DNA of 30,317 nt from Fimbriimonadia bacterium (GTDB lineage Bacteria > Armatimonadota > Fimbriimonadia > Fimbriimonadales > JABRVX01). The stretch lies in the NCBI GenBank assembly GCA_041483895.1, contig JBGPGO010000028.1, positions 1 through 30,317 on the forward strand. The letters run 5' to 3'. The notes below the pieces were generated by a model. That model did no database searches and was not told the origin of the DNA. It worked only from the letters and a program-made list of their open reading frames with translations. The translations under genes and the position numbers were made by a program. This document shows positions 25,626 to 30,317 of the stretch, one piece after another (the stretch's first letter is position 1; every line of letters starts with the position of its first letter).

Positions 25626-26165
25626 CTAAGCGCGCCGGCGAAATGCGGCGATCGACATGAGCGCTGCGACGGCAATGCCGGCAATCCCTTTCGGCTCGGG
25701 TACCACATTTGTGATATGCATAGTATCCGTGCCGTCCGGGAATGAGCCATGGACACGGATATGGAAGCCGAACGCATCAACGGCGGCGACGTTCAGATCC
25801 GAATAGCCAAAGTTCAGCGAATCGTTCGGATGAATCGCAAAGCTCTTGTTCGGGTTCTTCCAGCCGGCGATATCGGTGCTGTTCTCGTGATATCCCCAAC
25901 CGTTCTGATTAGGGCCGTCGGCCAGAAGGTTCAGGCTGTTAGCGAGTGACCAGAAACCGAACAGATCCATTACGCTATAGAGGTCCCCGAGGTAGACAAA
26001 GGTGGGATTTGGACCCATCGAGACCGTGAAGGTCTTTCCGGATTCCGCGGACGTAACGAAAATGTCGCTCAGGCTGGTAACTGGTTGAAATGAATTTCTG
26101 CTCTGGGCCATCCCCAGGGACGCGGCACAAAGCAAAAAGGCAATAACAAAAGTGCGTAAACTCAC
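25626..26165 (-). CDS. PEP-CTERM sorting-domain protein (paralog B)
   Basis: Signal peptide; C-terminal VPEP-TM-RRRA; GTG 26165 follows GAGAGGATAGGAAAA, same spacing as paralog A. Confidence 0.88.
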   Translation of the reverse strand: MSLRTFVIAFLLCAASLGMAQSRNSFQPVTSLSDIFVTSAESGKTFTVSMGPNPTFVYLGDLYSVMDLFGFWSLANSLNLLADGPNQNGWGYHENSTDIAGWKNPNKSFAIHPNDSLNFGYSDLNVAAVDAFGFHIRVHGSFPDGTDTMHITNVVPEPKGIAGIAVAALMSIAAFRRRA

Positions 26166-26396
26166 TTTTCCTATCCTCTCTTGAGAAAGACAAGGGGATC
26201 GATCATGTGTGAATCGACACAGCAGACCATCCCGGTACCAGGGCAATGAGAGGAGGCTGCAAGTCCGCCTACGAAGGGTGACTGACTTGGCCTACCCCAA
26301 TCCGACAACTAAGACAATCGGAACGCACTGAATGCGTTTCCGAACCTACCGGTGGGGCATGCAAAATCAATCCAAAACATACCGGCTCGTCTAATT
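26166..26396 (-). ncRNA. Candidate structured 5' leader RNA, copy B
   Basis: Collinear conserved non-coding blocks shared with 27060-27295, with compensatory changes in stems. Confidence 0.6.
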
Positions 26397-26468
26397 GCGA
26401 GCTTGGCTGCATTATACGACGCGATCGGCGATCCTGCCAGGGGCGTGTGAGAAAACCCAGTAATTTCT

Positions 26469-26514
26469 ATAGGACGCATCGGACCGATCGATCTGATCCG
26501 TCCGATCGGTCCGA
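26469..26514. repeat. 9-nt periodic palindrome / terminator-like hairpin
   Basis: ATAGGACGC ATCGGACCG ATCGATCTG ATCCGTCCG ATCGGTCCG; 12-bp perfect stem 26479-26490/26503-26514 just after the paralog A stop. Confidence 0.7.
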
Positions 26515-26522
26515 ATGAAACA

Positions 26523-27059
26523 CTAGACTCTGCGTCGGAAGCCGGCAATAGTGGCGAGGGAGGCAATCGCAATTCCGGCAATCGCGCTGGGTTCCGGTAC
26601 GGCGGTGATGTGCATGGTGTTCGAGCCATCCGGGAATTGCCCAGAAACGCGAATGTGGAAGCCATATCCATCGACGGCCGCGACGTTCAGGGCCGAGTAA
26701 GTGAAGGTCAACGACTCGTTTGGATGGATGGCGTTGCTCTTACTGGGATTCTTCCAGCCGGCGATGTCAGTGCTGTTCTCGTGGTAGCCCCAGCCGTTCT
26801 GATCCGGGCCATTAGCGGCGAGATCCAGGCCGTCGGCAAGCGACCAGAAACCGAACAGGTCGGTCACGGTATACGTAGTGCTGAGATAGTCAAAGGTGGG
26901 GTTTGGGCCCATCGAAACGGTATCTGTCATTCCGGCATTCGAAGACTGCACGAAAATATCATTCAGGCTGGTCACAACTTGAAATGAACTTCTGCTCTGA
27001 GCCATCGAAACGGTCGCGGCGCAAAGCGAAAGGGTTATTGCGATAGCGCGTGTGTTCAA
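26523..27059 (-). CDS. PEP-CTERM sorting-domain protein (paralog A)
   Basis: Signal peptide; VPEP-TM-RRRV; long identical stretches with paralog B (GPxQNGWGYHENSTDIAGWKNP); TTG start. Confidence 0.9.
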   Translation of the reverse strand: MNTRAIAITLSLCAATVSMAQSRSSFQVVTSLNDIFVQSSNAGMTDTVSMGPNPTFDYLSTTYTVTDLFGFWSLADGLDLAANGPDQNGWGYHENSTDIAGWKNPSKSNAIHPNESLTFTYSALNVAAVDGYGFHIRVSGQFPDGSNTMHITAVPEPSAIAGIAIASLATIAGFRRRV

Positions 27060-27295
27060 TGTTCCTATCCTCTCCGGTGATTTGCGTGGGGATCGAACGC
27101 GTGTGAGTGTTCACGGCAGACCATCCCAGTACCAGGGCGATGAGAGGCGGCCGCATGTCTCGTTCAAACTTGGCCAACCTCAAATCGACAACTCAGACAA
27201 TCCAGAACACCGCTTAAACCATTCCGAACCAACCGGTGGATGCGAGCTCGCCTTCATTTACGATGAGATCCGCGATGATACCGGTTCGTTCAATT
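27060..27295 (-). ncRNA. Candidate structured 5' leader RNA, copy A
   Basis: Homologous to 26166-26396. Confidence 0.6.
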
Positions 27296-27309
27296 CAATC
27301 CAGTATTTG

Positions 27310-27498
27310 CTAGAGGACCTTTCGCAAACGGATGTTGACAATCCCAACGGTCATAGCTAGCAGACCTGCCACGCTGCGGGTTTGAGCGGGTTTTTCGCCA
27401 CTCCTATTCTCGGCAGTCTGCGTAGATTGTCGGTTCATCGCGAGCGTCATACCGGCGATTCCAATTGTGAGTGCAATAACAATAATACGGAAATTCAT
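27310..27498 (-). CDS. Small protein with signal peptide and C-terminal TM/basic tail
   Basis: SD GAGGA; hydrophobic N-terminus; ends SVAGLLAMTVGIVNIRLRKVL; co-oriented with the PEP-CTERM genes. Confidence 0.55.
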   Translation of the reverse strand: MNFRIIVIALTIGIAGMTLAMNRQSTQTAENRSGEKPAQTRSVAGLLAMTVGIVNIRLRKVL

Positions 27499-27536
27499 TC
27501 AGTTCCTCTACAACGAGCGCGTTCTGGTTATGGAGG

Positions 27537-27553
27537 TGGCACAGGGCGTGCCA
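27537..27553. promoter_or_regulatory. Palindrome TGGCAC-N5-GTGCCA; sigma54-like -24/-12 element or TF site
   Basis: Minus strand reads TGGCACGCCCTGTGC versus consensus TGGCACGNNNNTTGC; lies in a divergent intergenic region. Confidence 0.45.
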
Positions 27554-27582
27554 AATGAGGTGGTCGGGTGTCCCAGCCTCGA

Positions 27583-27644
27583 AAGAACCCCCACCCAACC
27601 CTCCCCCTTTCCCAGGCTGGCGCCTGAAAAAAGGGGAGGGCTTT
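27583..27644 (+). repeat. Dispersed 62-bp palindromic repeat, copy 2
   Basis: 60/62 identical to the reverse complement of 1424-1485. Confidence 0.9.
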
Positions 27645-27688
27645 TCGAATGAACCATTTCCCAATGCCATTGCGACTAAAGGATCACC

Positions 27689-28222
27689 ATGATCCGAAGA
27701 GAGGACCTCCTGAACAATTTGCGGGTGGCGTCGCCGTGTGATGCATCGTGGGACGAGATGCGGGGCAGCGACAAGGTACGGCATTGCAACCAGTGCCGCC
27801 TCAACGTGTATAACCTGTCCGCGATGAGTCGGGGCGAGGCGGAGCAGACCATCATCGAGCATGAGGGTCGGTTATGCGTCCGGTATTTTCAGCGCGAGGA
27901 CGGGACGGTGCTGACCAAGGACTGCCCGGTCGGGTTTGCCGCAGTCCGTCGGAGGTTCCTTCAGATTTGCGCGAGCGCCGCTGCCTGTGCCCTTGCGGGC
28001 TTGTGTCTCCGTGGGCTTACCGAAGGTTATTCGGAGACTACTGGCAGGTTGGCCAGCAACTCCGATGGGTTCCGGTCTCCACAGGGGGATGCGTCGATCG
28101 GTTCATCCGTCGCCGAGACGGAACCTTCGACCGGTACTATGCCGAATGGCTACACAGACCCGCGACCTATCGGCGGCGCCCTGGCCCCGATGCCGCCGCG
28201 CAAGAACAGCCACAAGCGGTAG
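27689..28222 (+). CDS. Conserved hypothetical protein with Cys-rich N-terminal domain and TM segment
   Basis: LRVASPCDASWDEM.G..KVRHCNQC..NVYNLS.M...RLCVR....DG; SD AAAGGA. Confidence 0.75.
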   Translation: MIRREDLLNNLRVASPCDASWDEMRGSDKVRHCNQCRLNVYNLSAMSRGEAEQTIIEHEGRLCVRYFQREDGTVLTKDCPVGFAAVRRRFLQICASAAACALAGLCLRGLTEGYSETTGRLASNSDGFRSPQGDASIGSSVAETEPSTGTMPNGYTDPRPIGGALAPMPPRKNSHKR

Positions 28223-28247
28223 GCCCCGTCTGCTAAGATCGAAGGCG

Positions 28248-29723
28248 ATGCGAAAAGTCCTCATCGCCAACCGAGGCGAGATTGCCTTGCGAATCATCCG
28301 CACCTGCCGAGAGATGGGCCTTGCGACCGTCGCCGTCTATTCCGAGGCTGATCGGAACGCGCCCCACGCCGTCGCCGCCGACCAGGCGTTTTGCATCGGC
28401 CCTGCGGCCAGCGCCGAAAGCTATCTTGTCATCGCGCGTATTTTGGAGACGGCGCGGAAGGCGGGAGCGGACGCGATGCACCCCGGCTACGGGTTTCTGG
28501 CCGAGAACGGGGATTTTGCCCAGGCCTGCCAGGACGGCGGAATCACCTTCATCGGACCGTCGGTGCAGGCGATCCGAGCGTTGGGCAACAAGATTAGCGC
28601 CAAGGAATTGATGCGCTCGGCAGGCGTGCCATGCGTCCCCGGCACCGACGGCGAGGAACAGTCGTTGGCGATTTTGCAAGCTGAAGCGGAGAAGATCGGG
28701 TATCCGATTCTGATCAAGTCCGCGGCGGGCGGCGGCGGGCGCGGCATGCGGGTGGTTTCTTGCTTGCCAGAATTTGAGGGCGAGCTGGCTGAGGCTAAAC
28801 GGGAGGCGTTGACCTCGTTTGGATCGGACGCGGTCCTCCTCGAAAAGTACATTGCGAATCCCAAGCACATCGAGTTCCAAATATTCGGCGATGGAAATGG
28901 AAACGCAATTCATTTGTATGAGCGCGAGTGCTCGATCCAACGGCGGTATCAAAAGATCATCGAGGAGAGTCCAATTCCGGGGCTTTCGGACGCGTTGCGG
29001 CAGCGTATGGGCGAGGCGGCGGTGGCGGCTGCACAGGCGGCGGGGTACGCGAACGCCGGGACGGTGGAGTTTTTGGTCCATGGAGAAGAATTCTATTTTT
29101 TGGAGGTCAACACCCGGCTGCAGGTGGAGCATCCGGTGACGGAAGAGGTGACCGGGCTGGACCTGGTGCGGATGCAGATTGAGACCGCCTCGGGCAAACC
29201 GCTTCCATCGCAGGACTCTATTCAACCGCGCGGACATGCCATCGAAGCGCGCATCTACGCCGAAGACCCGGAAAACGGCTTTGCGCCATCGATTGGCGAG
29301 CTCGCCTGCTGGCAAACGCCCTCCGGTCAGGGCGTCCGCGTGGACTCGGGGTTTCGTGAGGGGATGCGGGTGCCGGTCTATTACGACCCGATGCTGGCGA
29401 AGCTGATCGTGCGGGCGGAGGATCGGCCGGCGGCTTTGGCGCGAATGACCAGGGCGTTGGAGGAGTTTCACGTTCTAGGCGTCAAAACGTCGATCCCGTT
29501 TTTGCTGGATGTGATCCGACATCCGGACTTTGTGGCGGGCAACGTCCACACGCATTGGCTTGCCGAGCGGTTCGGCGCATGGCGGGAGTGCGACGCGATT
29601 CCGGACGAGGCGCTGATGGCTTTGGCTGCCGCTGAGCGATGCGGGCAGGCTGCTTCGCTTTCGATTACAACGGGCGATGAGGGCAGTCCGTGGCGCTCCG
29701 CGGCAGGCTGGCGGAATATATGA
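28248..29723 (+). CDS. Biotin carboxylase subunit of an acyl-CoA carboxylase (MCC/PCC alpha-like)
   Basis: MRKVLIANRGEIA, HPGYGFLAEN, GGGGRGMR, ERECSIQRRYQK, FLEVNTRLQVEHPVTE, YYDPMLAKLI. Confidence 0.94.
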   Translation: MRKVLIANRGEIALRIIRTCREMGLATVAVYSEADRNAPHAVAADQAFCIGPAASAESYLVIARILETARKAGADAMHPGYGFLAENGDFAQACQDGGITFIGPSVQAIRALGNKISAKELMRSAGVPCVPGTDGEEQSLAILQAEAEKIGYPILIKSAAGGGGRGMRVVSCLPEFEGELAEAKREALTSFGSDAVLLEKYIANPKHIEFQIFGDGNGNAIHLYERECSIQRRYQKIIEESPIPGLSDALRQRMGEAAVAAAQAAGYANAGTVEFLVHGEEFYFLEVNTRLQVEHPVTEEVTGLDLVRMQIETASGKPLPSQDSIQPRGHAIEARIYAEDPENGFAPSIGELACWQTPSGQGVRVDSGFREGMRVPVYYDPMLAKLIVRAEDRPAALARMTRALEEFHVLGVKTSIPFLLDVIRHPDFVAGNVHTHWLAERFGAWRECDAIPDEALMALAAAERCGQAASLSITTGDEGSPWRSAAGWRNI

Positions 29724-30160
29724 CCTATCGCTGCAAAGGTCAGATGATCGACCTCTCCACGGTGGTGCAGTGCCCGAATGCGAGCGTTGTTGACGGAGTC
29801 GTGGAATTGTCTTTCGAGGATCGAATTGTTCGCATCCCAGTACTGTTGGAAAGGAATGCCATCACAGTCAGCTATCGCGGCCGGGTGTACCGATTTGAAC
29901 GGGAATCGGCCGGCCAGTCCGGCGCGCACCATCATGCATCCGACGGCGTGATGACCTCGCCCATGCCCTGCCTCGTGACCAAGGTGTGCGTGAAGCCGGG
30001 GGAGACGGTCGCGAAGGGGCAAGAGCTGTTAGTGTTGGAGGCGATGAAGATGGTGCAGTCGATCACCGCCCCGTTCGCGGGCAGGGTTGCGAAAGTGAAC
30101 GTGACAGAAGGATCGATGATTCAAGAGGGGATCGCGATGGTGGCGGTGGTTGCCGAGTGA
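29720..30160 (+). CDS. Biotin carboxyl carrier protein
   Basis: SPMP...LEAMKM biotinylation motif; ATG overlaps the upstream stop (ATGA). Confidence 0.9.
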   Translation: MTYRCKGQMIDLSTVVQCPNASVVDGVVELSFEDRIVRIPVLLERNAITVSYRGRVYRFERESAGQSGAHHHASDGVMTSPMPCLVTKVCVKPGETVAKGQELLVLEAMKMVQSITAPFAGRVAKVNVTEGSMIQEGIAMVAVVAE

Positions 30161-30175
30161 AAGGCTCCAGAATTT

Positions 30176-30220
30176 CCCCCCACCCCAACCCTCCCCCGCA
30201 AGCGTGTTTAGACCGGGGAG
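30176..30220 (+). repeat. Degenerate third copy of the CCCCACCCCAACCCTCCCC...GGGGAG repeat
   Basis: Shares the C-rich arm and GGGGAG closing arm with 27583-27644; different loop. Confidence 0.65.
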
Positions 30221-30317
30221 ATAGTTTACTGGTGTTCGGAGACATGGTTTACACATGATTGTCCTGGTTTTTGTCCGTTCTAAGATTAATCTGACCGATC
30301 CGTTTGGCGCAAAACCA

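Noticed and set aside
26166..26246. N-terminal extension or leader peptide of PEP-CTERM paralog B
   Set aside because: The equivalent frame in copy A has a stop codon; SD spacing and the signal peptide support GTG 26165.
26166..27295. Known riboswitch or ribozyme (c-di-AMP, c-di-GMP, fluoride, ZTP, HDV-like)
   Set aside because: Only short partial resemblances, e.g. AATCCGACAACTAA on the wrong strand and CAGCCTCCTC in one copy; full consensus elements are missing. An Rfam search is still needed.
27936..28247. 104-aa N-terminal extension of the biotin carboxylase
   Set aside because: It overlaps the 27689-28222 gene; the family N-terminus MRKVLIANRGE begins at 28248.

Overview
Bacterial chromosomal window of fairly high GC, most likely Armatimonadota (inferred from two DUF1559/H-X9-DG prepilin-like genes, PEP-CTERM proteins and secreted proteins ending in an Ig-like plus dockerin/EF-hand module). 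From left to right: a small GIY-YIG nuclease gene embedded in an array of long palindromic repeats; two prepilin-like genes with a shared promoter motif; a RES-Xre toxin-antitoxin pair; a DUF5655-like remnant; a MenAT-like nucleotidyltransferase TA pair; an Lnu-like nucleotidyltransferase; a GH127 hydrolase; a ~2.2 kb integrase-less island at tRNA-Ala(GGC) carrying one nuclease-DUF2075 helicase gene; RbsD/FucU-like and YgjP-like genes; yhaO-yhaN-like genes; tRNA-Gly(TCC); a large secreted zinc metallopeptidase; rpmB; a CBS-DUF1385 membrane protein; 2-oxoacid dehydrogenase E1(alpha-beta fusion) and E2; a gingipain-like secreted protein; two tandem PEP-CTERM paralogs; and a split biotin carboxylase/BCCP pair. 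Best novelty candidates: (1) a ~200-230 nt leader duplicated ahead of both PEP-CTERM genes, showing covariation and mutually exclusive pairing over the SD region, with no riboswitch class I recognise; (2) the GIY-YIG gene sitting inside a repeat array whose other two inserts are different sequences of exactly 54 nt; (3) the single-gene tRNA-Ala island, a candidate defence gene. All family calls come from motif recognition by eye; no searches were run.
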